Below are positions 23,384 through 32,795 of a stretch of DNA of 36,017 nt, piece after piece. The translations under genes were made by a program, and so were the position numbers. Positions within the stretch are counted from its first letter, which is position 1; the number at the start of each line of letters is the position of its first letter. The notes under the pieces were generated by a model. It made no database searches, had not been told where the DNA came from, and worked only from the letters and a program-made list of their open reading frames with translations. The stretch covers positions 1 to 36,017 of the forward strand of contig CAZZDX010000001.1 of NCBI GenBank assembly GCA_964653185.1. Reading direction: 5' to 3'. Source of the DNA: an uncultured Bacteroidales bacterium (lineage in GTDB: Bacteria; Bacteroidota; Bacteroidia; Bacteroidales; CAZZDX01).

Positions 23384-23516
23384 AGGTTATAAAAAAAAAT
23401 GTTTATAAATACAGAAATTAAAAAAAATAAACTATTTTTGTGTTTAATAAATTTGTATCCTTTTTTTATTTAAAATTCAACTTAAATTCTAAACAATTAA
23501 AAAAAATAAACCAATT

Positions 23517-24317
23517 ATGAAAAAAATAGTAATAATAGCAGTATTTTTAGTGCTAATCATCAATAAGTTTTCTGTTGCTCAGGAAGAAGAAAAAAATGAA
23601 AAAAAATTTGAAAAGTTGGAGAGCCTTTATATGGACGAAAAATATGAAGATTGTATTTATAAAGCTGAAAAATATATAATTAATGAAAAAACAAAAAGAT
23701 ATTCGGAACCTTATCTTTATTTATCTATGAGCTATTATGAGATATCTTTGATGGATGAACCAAGTATTAAAGAGGACTATCCAAAAGCTTTTAAAGATGC
23801 CTTAAAATATGCTGCTAAATTCAGAAAAAAAGATAAAAAAAATGAATCTTATAATCATGAACAAAGTTATTTTAACAAATTAAAGAAAACTGCTGTAGAA
23901 CAGGCACAAAATTATTATAAAGATAAAAATTATAAAAAAGCGTCATATACATTTAAAGAAATAATGAAATTTGATTTTGATGATTATAATGTAATGTTTG
24001 CAAAAGGCGTATGTGATGCTTTATCAAACAACGAATCTCAGGCCGAGATGAGTATAGATACTTCTATGACTCATCTATATAAAAATTATGAAAACCCTAA
24101 TTATAAATCTAGTGAAATAACAGAACCTGTACTAATAGATGCTTTTATCTTATATTCTGACTATTTAAATGAAAATAATAAATCTGACTCAGCAAAAGCA
24201 ACTATCTCTGTTGCAAAAAAATTCTTAGCTTCAGACAGTAAAATCAAAAAACAATATGATAAACTGTTTGTTCCTAAAAAAGAAGATAAAAGTGAGAAGC
24301 AAGAAAGTAAAAAGTAA
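23517..24317 (+). CDS. hypothetical secreted, Lys/Glu-rich helical protein
   Basis: Signal peptide (MKKIVIIAVFLVLIINKFSVAQ). 266-aa ORF with TAnnTTTG boxes upstream (23433-23440, 23448-23455). No family recognised. Confidence 0.5.
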   Translation: MKKIVIIAVFLVLIINKFSVAQEEEKNEKKFEKLESLYMDEKYEDCIYKAEKYIINEKTKRYSEPYLYLSMSYYEISLMDEPSIKEDYPKAFKDALKYAAKFRKKDKKNESYNHEQSYFNKLKKTAVEQAQNYYKDKNYKKASYTFKEIMKFDFDDYNVMFAKGVCDALSNNESQAEMSIDTSMTHLYKNYENPNYKSSEITEPVLIDAFILYSDYLNENNKSDSAKATISVAKKFLASDSKIKKQYDKLFVPKKEDKSEKQESKK

Positions 24318-24419
24318 GAACAATAGAACCCCTATAAGATATTCTGCTTTACAAAATTTCATGTGTAAATATTTATTGAATCTTAAACTTTTATCTGTAA
24401 TGACTTTTATTATCCCACC

Positions 24420-26393
24420 ATGGCAAAACAGATAACAAATCAGGAAAAAAAACATATCCTTACCAAATATCATTCATTATTAAAAACGAGTAAGCTATTA
24501 ATTAAAGAAAATGATATAAAATTAATTGGTCTGGCATTTGATATAGCATCTGAAAATTTAAAAAACACACAACAAAAATCAGGAAGACCTTACATCTTAC
24601 GACCTCTGGCAATAGCACAGATTACAGCCAAAGAAATAATATTAGATACTAATTCAATAATATGTTCATTATTATACGATGCTGTTGAAAAAAATAATGA
24701 TTTATTACAAACAGTTGAAAAAAACTTTGGCAAAACAGTTATAACTATACTCAAAGGATTAAAAAAATTATCATTTACCTTTGAAAATAAAAATATATCA
24801 TCCCAGCCGGAAAGATTTATAAAATTACTCCTCACAGAAGCAGATGATGTGCGCATAATACTAATAAAATTAGCAATTCAGCTTTACAATATGCGGACTC
24901 TAAATTTAATGCCAAAACAAGAACAAATAAAAATCTCAACAGAGGCACATCTTATCTATTGCCCTATAGCTCATAGAATTGGACTTTATAATGTTAAAAA
25001 AGAATTAGAAGACCTTGCTATGAAATATACAAAATCTGAAATATATGATGCTATTGATAAAAAACAAAGAGATACAAAGGCAAAACATAATGCATTTATT
25101 AAAGAATTTGTTAAACCAATAAAAAGACAATTAGATGACAATAATTTTGATTATAAAATCAAAACACGATATAAGTCAGTATATTCTGTATGGAATAAAA
25201 TGCAAAAACAAAATATAAGATTTGAAGAAGTTTACGACATCTTTGCTATCAGGATAATAATAAATATTTCTTTTGAAAATGAAAAAACAGATTGCTGGAG
25301 AGTATATTCTATTGTAACAAATATTTATAATCCAAATACAAACCGTTTGCGTGACTGGATTTCTTTTCCTAAACTTAATGGCTATGAATCTTTGCATACA
25401 ACAGTATCAACACATGATAACAGATGGATAGAAGTGCAAATAAGGACAAAAAGAATGGATGAAATAGCTGAAAAAGGAAATGCTTCGCACTGGAGATATA
25501 AAGGAAAAGAAAAAAATATTGAAAGTCCTGACCAATGGCTTAAAAATGTAAGAAATATACTTGAAAATCCTGACACAAAAACATTTGACAGCACCAAACT
25601 AAATCGCTATTCTAATGAAATTTTTATCTTTACTCCAGAAGGAGACCTAAAAAAACTGCCATACAAAGCAACTGTCCTTGACTTTGCTTATCAAATACAT
25701 TCAGATATAGGAGACAAATGCACCGGAGCTAAAGTAAATAATAAAACAGTCCCTATAAGACATATTTTGCAAAATGGCGATAAAGTAGAGATAATCACTT
25801 CTAAAAATCAAAAGCCCAAACCTGACTGGCTTAACTTTGTAAATAGTAAAAGTGCCAAAGCAAAAATCAAACGTTTTATAAACCACGAAAGATACAAAAA
25901 AGCAGAGTTGGGAAAAGAAATCTTAAAACGAAAATTTAACCAACTTAAAATAAAATTTAATAATGAAAATATACAAAAAATATTATCTGATTCTAAATTA
26001 GATAATATATTAGAACTCTATCACTCCATAGCAACAAAAAAAATTGATGTATCTAAAATCAAAAATATTTTTATAACTACTCAAAAAACTGATGATAAAC
26101 TTACTCAACCTATCACCAAAGAAAATGTTAAGGATTTTGTTAAATATACCAGTCCCGGTAAAAGTAATATATCAATTACAGGATATGATTTTGGTAAAGT
26201 TGATTATAAATTAGCAAAATGTTGTAATCCTGATTTTGGTGATAATATCTTTGCCTTTATAACTGTAAAAGACGGAATAAAAATTCATCGTATTGACTGT
26301 CCAAATGCACAACAAATGAAATCAAAATATCCTTATCGTGTTATGGAAGCAAAATGGGTAAAACGCAATGTAGTAAAAATATTAAAAAAATAG
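24420..26393 (+). CDS. RelA/SpoT homologue (long RSH): (p)ppGpp synthetase with a degenerate hydrolase domain
   Basis: Synthetase motifs YKSVYSVWNKM, DIFAIRII, GYESLHTTV and EVQIRTKRMDEIAEKG.ASHWRYK. TGS domain (IFIFTPEGDL..LPYKATVLDFAYQIHSDIG). Cys-rich motif CCNPDFGD...HRIDCPN. Confidence 0.9.
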   Translation: MAKQITNQEKKHILTKYHSLLKTSKLLIKENDIKLIGLAFDIASENLKNTQQKSGRPYILRPLAIAQITAKEIILDTNSIICSLLYDAVEKNNDLLQTVEKNFGKTVITILKGLKKLSFTFENKNISSQPERFIKLLLTEADDVRIILIKLAIQLYNMRTLNLMPKQEQIKISTEAHLIYCPIAHRIGLYNVKKELEDLAMKYTKSEIYDAIDKKQRDTKAKHNAFIKEFVKPIKRQLDDNNFDYKIKTRYKSVYSVWNKMQKQNIRFEEVYDIFAIRIIINISFENEKTDCWRVYSIVTNIYNPNTNRLRDWISFPKLNGYESLHTTVSTHDNRWIEVQIRTKRMDEIAEKGNASHWRYKGKEKNIESPDQWLKNVRNILENPDTKTFDSTKLNRYSNEIFIFTPEGDLKKLPYKATVLDFAYQIHSDIGDKCTGAKVNNKTVPIRHILQNGDKVEIITSKNQKPKPDWLNFVNSKSAKAKIKRFINHERYKKAELGKEILKRKFNQLKIKFNNENIQKILSDSKLDNILELYHSIATKKIDVSKIKNIFITTQKTDDKLTQPITKENVKDFVKYTSPGKSNISITGYDFGKVDYKLAKCCNPDFGDNIFAFITVKDGIKIHRIDCPNAQQMKSKYPYRVMEAKWVKRNVVKILKK

Positions 26394-26547
26394 CGGAAGT
26401 GGCAGTAGCAGCGGCTGTCGGATACCTGATAAGTTTTTAAATTTACAATATTAAACCTAAAACTTTAATTGTCTTTGGTTGTGGATGTTTCATCTGTTTA
26501 TGTTTAATTGAGAAAACGTAAAAAAAAATTATTGTTCCTGCTATATT

Positions 26548-26598
26548 TGTAGAGACGCAAAAACTTGTTCGGCTACTGACGAATTTTGCGTCTCTACA
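26548..26598. repeat. 15-bp perfect-stem hairpin TGTAGAGACGCAAAA-(21 nt)-TTTTGCGTCTCTACA
   Basis: Read directly from the sequence. GTAG sits at the 5' end of the stem. It is a GC island in the AT-rich spacer downstream of the RSH gene. Confidence 0.8.
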
Positions 26599-26778
26599 TT
26601 GCATTGTGTCTTTACATTATTTTTTATTTTATTATTATCAGTTATAATAATAAATTCATAAATATTATTTGGCATTACTATAAATTTATCTGTTTATACC
26701 GTTGAATTCAGCCAAGATAAAAGTCAAAAGTTTTCAGTATCAAGTTCCAAATTTCATAATTCATAATTGATAATTAAT

Positions 26779-27879
26779 TTAATCGTATCCAATACTTGCA
26801 TAACCTACCCAGTGATGAATATTTGCAGGTGCAGTAACGCCCATTTTAATGTCATCAACGCGAATATGTTTGTGGTCAATACTTGTAGAATATGATAATA
26901 AAGTTCCATTCAATTTCTCATCCAGTAAAATTTGTAAGTTATATGCTGTCATTAAACCCATAGGCACAGAATATCTGCCACACCACGACCAAGTTCCTTT
27001 TTTAAAGTTTGTAGTGTCAGTAGTATAGTTGATAAATTTTTTAATTTTTGACTGAGAAAGTTTGCCTGTAAGAGAACTATTTATTATTTCATACTCATGG
27101 TTAACAGCTTTTTTATATCCTGCTGTATCAGAGCCATAAAAATTGAGTTCTGAGGTTCCCCAGTCCTTATCTCCATAATGCACAGCATCAGTGCTTATAA
27201 CAAATGCGTAATCTTTGCCCCATTTCCAGTTTTTTTGTTTTGCTATTTTTTTAATGGACTGTGCTAATGGTCTGGCAATTTCTATCATTCTGTCATAAGA
27301 CATATAAGGCACTAAAATAGATACAAATTCAATGTTATGATTATAATATTGCAAAAAAGGTAAGATGGCTTCAACAGAATGTTCCATACCTTGCATTGAA
27401 TCATTAATCTGATACATATCTTTTGGCAGTTGTTTAATAATCTCTTCACGAATTGAAGATGGTTTAATCTCTCCATAAGCTCCTCTCCATGATATATAAT
27501 TATCAAAAACAATTTGATTTTCCAATCCCAAAACACGGGCTTTATGTGTTACTCCAAAAAATATAATTATATGGGCTTTTATATTTTTTATGCCGGTGAG
27601 ATAAGAATATCCTGCATAAGTATAATCATCATGAGGAGATATTATTGCTTTCCATTGTGTATTGTTATTAACATCTGCTGTTTTTAGAGCATTTTGTAAT
27701 AAATCTCCCTGTGTATTATTAATTCGGCTTATAATAGAATCCATTTGCCATGATTGATGAGCAAAACCAATAGTATCAACAAGCCCTCTTAATTTTGCTT
27801 TGTTATCATTATGTTTTTTATTATTACATGAAGTTATAATAGCAAATGATATTATAAATAATAAGATTGATTTTTTCAT
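26779..27879 (-). CDS. Memo-like (AmmeMemoRadiSam system protein B family) protein with a lipoprotein signal
   Basis: Family signatures ISPHDDYTYAGY, MEHSVEAILPFL, ISTDAVHYG and WCGRYSVPMG. I place the start at the Met of MKKSILLFIISFAIITSC (lipobox Cys), not at the upstream extension in the ORF track. Confidence 0.75.
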   Translation of the reverse strand: MKKSILLFIISFAIITSCNNKKHNDNKAKLRGLVDTIGFAHQSWQMDSIISRINNTQGDLLQNALKTADVNNNTQWKAIISPHDDYTYAGYSYLTGIKNIKAHIIIFFGVTHKARVLGLENQIVFDNYISWRGAYGEIKPSSIREEIIKQLPKDMYQINDSMQGMEHSVEAILPFLQYYNHNIEFVSILVPYMSYDRMIEIARPLAQSIKKIAKQKNWKWGKDYAFVISTDAVHYGDKDWGTSELNFYGSDTAGYKKAVNHEYEIINSSLTGKLSQSKIKKFINYTTDTTNFKKGTWSWCGRYSVPMGLMTAYNLQILLDEKLNGTLLSYSTSIDHKHIRVDDIKMGVTAPANIHHWVGYASIGYD

Positions 27880-27972
27880 ATTTAGTTTTTTTAGAATTAG
27901 TAAAATATAAAAAAAAATGCTATTACTAACTATATAGCAATAGCATTTGCAAAAAAATAAAAAAAACATAAA

Positions 27973-28212
27973 CTATTTTTTTAAAATACCTTTTTCTCTT
28001 GCTTCTTTTATACAGGCGCTTATTCCTTTTTTATTAATAGTTCTCAGCATTGAAGTAGAAACTTTTAATGTTATCCACTTATTTTCTTCAGGCAGGAAAA
28101 ATTTTTTGACCTGTAGATTAGCATAAAATTTTCTTTTGGTTTTAATATGAGAATGAGAAACATTATTTCCAACCATCATTCTTTTTCCTGTAAGTTCACA
28201 ACTTTTTGACAT
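27973..28212 (-). CDS. rpmB: 50S ribosomal protein L28
   Basis: MSKSCELTGKR..VGNNVSHSHIKTKRKF.ANLQ is a typical L28 sequence. The 79-aa form starts at the internal Met (28212). Confidence 0.9.
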   Translation of the reverse strand: MSKSCELTGKRMMVGNNVSHSHIKTKRKFYANLQVKKFFLPEENKWITLKVSTSMLRTINKKGISACIKEAREKGILKK

Positions 28213-28251
28213 ATTTATATGTTTTAATAAAAATAAAAATGCAAAGATAAA

Positions 28252-28259
28252 CAAAAATA
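28252..28259 (-). promoter_or_regulatory. candidate -7 box (TATTTTTG on the minus strand) for rpmB
   Basis: The plus strand reads CAAAAATA. It lies 40 nt upstream of the rpmB ATG at 28212 and inside the spurious N-terminal extension. Confidence 0.35.
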
Positions 28260-28379
28260 ATTTTATTTATCAAATATTTAGTTAAAAAAATACCAAAGAT
28301 TCTCTTTTTAATTTCAAAAACATCTAAACTCTTTTTGCACAAAAAACAGACAAAACTAATTATATTTGATATTATTACT

Positions 28380-28387
28380 TAACTTTG
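28380..28387 (+). promoter_or_regulatory. candidate -7 box (TAACTTTG) for the C-N hydrolase gene
   Basis: 32 nt upstream of the ATG at 28419. A second TATATTTG lies at 28361-28368. Confidence 0.35.
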
Positions 28388-28418
28388 TGCAAAATTTATA
28401 TATATTAAACTTTTTAAT

Positions 28419-29204
28419 ATGAATAATTTAAAAATTACAATTATTCAGTCAAATTTGATTTGGGAAGATGTTCAAGCCAATTTAGATGCTTTTGAAAAAA
28501 AAATATCTGATATTAATAATACAGACATAATTGTATTGCCTGAAATGTTTAACTCAGGATTTTCTCCTAATTTTAACAACTATGCTGAAAATAGTAATGG
28601 AGAGACAATACAATGGCTCAAAAATACAGCAAAAGAAAAAAAATGTGTTGTAACCGGTAGTTTGTTGATAAAAGAAGATGATAATTATTATAACCGACTA
28701 ATATGGATGAATCCTGATGGTGATTATCAAAAATATGACAAAAGGCATTTGTTTCGTCCGGCAAAAGAACATATTTATTCATCAAAAGGAAATAAAAAAT
28801 TGATTGTTGAAACAAAAGGATGGAAGATAAGACCATTAGTATGTTATGATTTAAGATTTCCTGTATGGAGCAAAAATACTTTTACAGATATTTACGAGTA
28901 TGATTGCTTGATTTATATAGCAAATTGGCCTAAACATAAAAACTATACATGGAAATCACTCTTGATTGCACGTGCTATTGAAAATCAATCATATATTATT
29001 GGAGTTAACAGAATAGGAACAGATGGAAATAAAATACCTTTCTCCGGCAATTCTATGGTTATCAACCCAAAAGGGAAAATCATATCCAAAACAAAACCTG
29101 ATACTGAGTCAATAGAAACAATAGAACTCTCTAAATATAAGATGGAGAACTTTCGCAAACAGTTTACTGTTGCCCTTGACTGGGATAAATTTAAGATTAT
29201 ATAA
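28419..29204 (+). CDS. carbon-nitrogen hydrolase family protein (omega-amidase YafV-like)
   Basis: Glu-Lys-Cys triad contexts VLPEMF, YDKRHLF and VCYDLRFP. About 260 aa. Confidence 0.85.
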   Translation: MNNLKITIIQSNLIWEDVQANLDAFEKKISDINNTDIIVLPEMFNSGFSPNFNNYAENSNGETIQWLKNTAKEKKCVVTGSLLIKEDDNYYNRLIWMNPDGDYQKYDKRHLFRPAKEHIYSSKGNKKLIVETKGWKIRPLVCYDLRFPVWSKNTFTDIYEYDCLIYIANWPKHKNYTWKSLLIARAIENQSYIIGVNRIGTDGNKIPFSGNSMVINPKGKIISKTKPDTESIETIELSKYKMENFRKQFTVALDWDKFKII

Positions 29205-29238
29205 TAATTATCTAATATTTACAGTTATTTAAACAGAT

Positions 29239-29299
29239 TAAATTGCTAAATTGTTAAATTGTTAAACTGTTAAATTGCTAAATTGCTAAACTGTTAAAT
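29239..29299. repeat. tandem octamer TAAAYTGY, about 7.5 copies
   Basis: TAAATTGC TAAATTGT TAAATTGT TAAACTGT TAAATTGC TAAATTGC TAAACTGT TAAAT, immediately upstream of ispG. Confidence 0.85.
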
Positions 29300-29305
29300 A
29301 CTTAT

Positions 29306-31282
29306 ATGATTAAAAAATTAATGAAAAATAATACAGATAAATCAGATTTAATTTATTGTAACAGTTTAACATCTTATTCAAGGTTTAAGGCACGCATTGT
29401 AAATATCGGCAATGTTCCTCTTGGCGGAGATAATCCTATCCGCATTCAATCTATGACAAATATTGATACAATGAATACTATTGGCAATGTTGAGCAAGCC
29501 ATAAGAATGATTAATGCAGGATGCGAATATGTCCGTATTACAAGTTCAAATATTAAAGAGGCGGAAAATCTTAAAAATATTAAAAATGAATTAAGAAAAC
29601 GAGGATATAATGTCCCTTTAATAGCTGATGTGCATTTTAATCCAAAAGCAGCTGAAATAGCTGCATCTATAGTTGAAAAAGTAAGAATAAATCCTGGAAA
29701 TTATGTAGATAGAAAAGAAAATGCAAAATTAAAATATACTGACAAAGAATATGATTATGAGATAGAAAAAATAAAAAATCGTATCACTCCTTTAATTAAA
29801 ATATGTAAACAACATAATACAGCCATTCGTATAGGAAGTAATCATGGCTCTTTATCACAAAGAATAATGAACCGTTATGGAAACACGCCTCTTGGTATGG
29901 TTGAAGCTGCTATGGAATTTGTATGTATATGCGAAGAATTAAACTTTTATAATATTGTTCTGTCTATGAAAGCAAGCAATACAAAAACTATGATACAAGC
30001 TTGCCGATTATTACAAAACAGGATGATTAAACATGGAATAATATATCCACAACATCTTGGCGTTACAGAAGCAGGACAAGGAGACGATGCAAGAATAAAA
30101 TCTGCCGCAGGAATAGGTGCTTTACTTGAAGATGGCATTGGCAATACCATACGCGTGTCTCTTACAGAAAAGCCGGAACTTGAAATACCTGTTGCCAAAA
30201 CATTGATTAACAGATATTCAAAAAGAATAAATAAACCTGTTGAAAAAAGACCTGCTCAAATAATTACAAGCCCTTTTTCATATAAAAGAAGAAAAACACT
30301 TAACATCAAAAATACAGGAAGCAAAAATGTTCCTGTTGTCATTGCCGATATATCTGATAAAGATAAAGCATTTTTTAACTCAGAAGATGAACTAAAAATG
30401 ATGTTTAAGGAAATAGGATACAACAAAAAGAATAATAAATGGCTCAAAAACAATAGAGCATGTGATTACCTGTATATTGGAAAACAAAAAATAAAATTTA
30501 CTCATCCTGATTCTCTATACTTAATTCAGGATAATGATATTTTTGATAAGTCAAAAAACAATGTATTCCCTTTATTTCAAGGAGAAGAATATTTCAGATG
30601 CGATAAAAAATCTGATAAAATAAATTTTGTCAATATTACTTTAAAAAATCTTAATGATAAATTTATAAATAAAATAAAAACAGACCCAACAGCTGTGCTT
30701 ATCTTTGAAATACAAGCCAAAGATAAAGTAAGAGGACAACGTAAAATGTTTTTTAAATTAATAAATAATAACTCTGAAACGCCTGTTATTATAAAAATAA
30801 AATATAATGAATTAAACAAAAAACAATTTCAATTATATAGCTCAATAGATTTTGCAACATTGCTCATTGATGGATTAGGAGATGGAATATGGATTAAGAC
30901 CGACAAAAAATATGACTTAAATTTTATAAATAATACTTGTTTTAAAATTTTACAGGCAACAGGCAACAGATTTTCGCAAACTGAATATATCTCTTGTCCT
31001 TCATGCGGGAGAACACTATTTAATATAGAAAAAACCCTAACAGAAATTCGTAAACACACTCATCATTTAAAAGGACTGAAAATAGGAATAATGGGATGTA
31101 TAGTAAATGGTCCGGGTGAAATGAATGATATTGATTATGGATATGTTGGCTCAGGTAAAAACAAAATCACTCTGTATAAAAAAGACCAAATTGTTAAAAA
31201 AAATATTGACGAAAAATATGCTGTAGATCAACTAATTAACATAATTAAAGAAAATGGCGACTGGATTGACGAAAAAATTTAA
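29306..31282 (+). CDS. ispG: 4-hydroxy-3-methylbut-2-en-1-yl diphosphate synthase (long form with inserted domain)
   Basis: TIM-barrel motifs IRIQSMTN, VRIT, PLIADVHF, RINPGN and IRIGSNHGSL. About 270-aa insert domain. C-terminal 4Fe-4S motifs CPSCGRT and GCIVNGPGE. Confidence 0.92.
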   Translation: MIKKLMKNNTDKSDLIYCNSLTSYSRFKARIVNIGNVPLGGDNPIRIQSMTNIDTMNTIGNVEQAIRMINAGCEYVRITSSNIKEAENLKNIKNELRKRGYNVPLIADVHFNPKAAEIAASIVEKVRINPGNYVDRKENAKLKYTDKEYDYEIEKIKNRITPLIKICKQHNTAIRIGSNHGSLSQRIMNRYGNTPLGMVEAAMEFVCICEELNFYNIVLSMKASNTKTMIQACRLLQNRMIKHGIIYPQHLGVTEAGQGDDARIKSAAGIGALLEDGIGNTIRVSLTEKPELEIPVAKTLINRYSKRINKPVEKRPAQIITSPFSYKRRKTLNIKNTGSKNVPVVIADISDKDKAFFNSEDELKMMFKEIGYNKKNNKWLKNNRACDYLYIGKQKIKFTHPDSLYLIQDNDIFDKSKNNVFPLFQGEEYFRCDKKSDKINFVNITLKNLNDKFINKIKTDPTAVLIFEIQAKDKVRGQRKMFFKLINNNSETPVIIKIKYNELNKKQFQLYSSIDFATLLIDGLGDGIWIKTDKKYDLNFINNTCFKILQATGNRFSQTEYISCPSCGRTLFNIEKTLTEIRKHTHHLKGLKIGIMGCIVNGPGEMNDIDYGYVGSGKNKITLYKKDQIVKKNIDEKYAVDQLINIIKENGDWIDEKI

Positions 31283-31313
31283 TGTTAATGATTCTGCTAC
31301 AAATTTTAATCTA

Positions 31314-31392
31314 AATTATTACTTCGTGAGATCGCTTCGCTAAGTTCATAAATTATATTTTATTATTATTGTCCCTGCCTTTTAAAACATTA
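31314..31392 (-). repeat. composite dispersed repeat, copy 2 (inverted relative to 23263-23383)
   Basis: AATTATTACTTCGTGAGATCG and TTCGCTAAGTTCATAAATTA are the reverse complements of modules at 23361-23381 and 23311-23326. TTGTCCCTGCCTTTTAAAAC (31369-31388) is 17/20 identical to the left arm of the 23132 hairpin. Confidence 0.7.
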
Positions 31393-31493
31393 TTCCTTAT
31401 ATTTTATAAAAAATTCATTAAAACGGTTACTAAAAAAGAAAATGTTTATATATACCGTGATTTATCATGGTGCATATAAACATTTCTATTTCA

Positions 31494-31521
31494 TTAACAC
31501 CTCGTTTCAACGAGGTGTTAA
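31494..31521. repeat. 11-bp-stem hairpin TTAACACCTCG-TTTCAA-CGAGGTGTTAA, with a neighbouring AACCGTTTCAACGGTT (31543-31558)
   Basis: Read directly from the sequence. The second hairpin is a near-copy of AACCGTTTTAACGGTT at 6992-7007. Confidence 0.75.
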
Positions 31522-31582
31522 TGAAAAAAATTACATAGATATAACCGTTTCAACGGTTTATCAATTACTTTATAAACAAAAA

Positions 31583-32686
31583 CTATTTAGTAACCATACC
31601 CTTAACACTAAGGACTGTTGTAGATTTATTAGGGTCATTACATATTACTGTTATTGTTTTGTGTTGGTTTCCGCTACGTCCACTTGTATTAAAACTAATA
31701 TTTATTTTACTGGATTCTTCCGGTTTTAGTGTTGTTTTTTCAGGATTTGTAGCAGTACATCCGCAGCTTGCTTTTACATTTCTTATTATAAGGTCTGTTT
31801 TGCCTTGATTTTTAAAGACAAAACCATATAAGACCTTTTCTCCTGTTTTTACTGAGCCAAAGTCATAAACGGGATTATCAAACGCAATTTTAGGTGCATT
31901 TTTAAGTTGCTCAGGTGTTAGTTTAGAAAAATTTTCAACAACTTCTGCACTTACTATCAATTTTTTTTCAGGTTGCAGTTCATCATTGGTCATCATTGTA
32001 AATCTGCTAAATTGTAGTCCATAGTCATTTTTTCTTTTTGTAGCATCATATGTTATGATAATATTTCCTGTTTTAGATGGTTTGATAACTTCCGATTCTG
32101 CTTTGCATGTAAAAAATGGTGTAACATTTTTAAAGCTTAATATCTTCATATCTTTATCCCATTCATTATATACTATCAATGTATCTGTTCTTACCTCGTC
32201 ATTATTAATTTTCGTAAAAGCAAGATGATTTGTTTTGAATCTAAGATTACCAACTTTAGTAGGATACCAGTCCTTATATGTCTGAATTCTTGGTGTAACC
32301 TCACCACTGATTACTAATGTAATTCTTTGATTTTGAGGGTCATTTGTAGTAACAGTAACACCTTTTCTGAATTTTTCGGGTCTGTTTTTAGTGCCATATA
32401 TAGCTTTTACAAAACCTTTTTCGCCCGGTAATACAGGTTCTTTTGTGTATTTTGTAGAAGTACATCCACAACTTGCTTTTACCGTTAATAATTTTAAAGT
32501 ATCATTCCCAACATTTGTAAAATTAAAAACAGCTTCAATATCACCAAGTTCTTCTTTTACTGTGCCAAAATCGTATGTCTTGGTATCAAACTTTATTATA
32601 GGGTTTTTTTCTTGTTTTTCCTGTGAAAATCCTTGTTGAGCAAAGCAAGAAAAAGCTGCAAGAACAATGATAAATACTTTTTTCAT
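31583..32686 (-). CDS. DUF1573 domain-containing secreted protein (two DUF1573 repeats)
   Basis: Signal peptide. Two copies of the F(D)FG.V..G......F.F.N.G...L.I..V.ASCGCT signature (KASCGCTSTKYTKEPVLPGEKG and KASCGCTATNPEKTTLKPEES). Confidence 0.8.
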   Translation of the reverse strand: MKKVFIIVLAAFSCFAQQGFSQEKQEKNPIIKFDTKTYDFGTVKEELGDIEAVFNFTNVGNDTLKLLTVKASCGCTSTKYTKEPVLPGEKGFVKAIYGTKNRPEKFRKGVTVTTNDPQNQRITLVISGEVTPRIQTYKDWYPTKVGNLRFKTNHLAFTKINNDEVRTDTLIVYNEWDKDMKILSFKNVTPFFTCKAESEVIKPSKTGNIIITYDATKRKNDYGLQFSRFTMMTNDELQPEKKLIVSAEVVENFSKLTPEQLKNAPKIAFDNPVYDFGSVKTGEKVLYGFVFKNQGKTDLIIRNVKASCGCTATNPEKTTLKPEESSKINISFNTSGRSGNQHKTITVICNDPNKSTTVLSVKGMVTK

Positions 32687-32795
32687 GATAATTTTATTTT
32701 AGTTAATTTTTAATTGAATAAATTTTTTGCAATTTTAAGATAAAAAAATAATAAAACAAAATTTTTTAACTATATTTTTATTTTTTTATAAGCCA

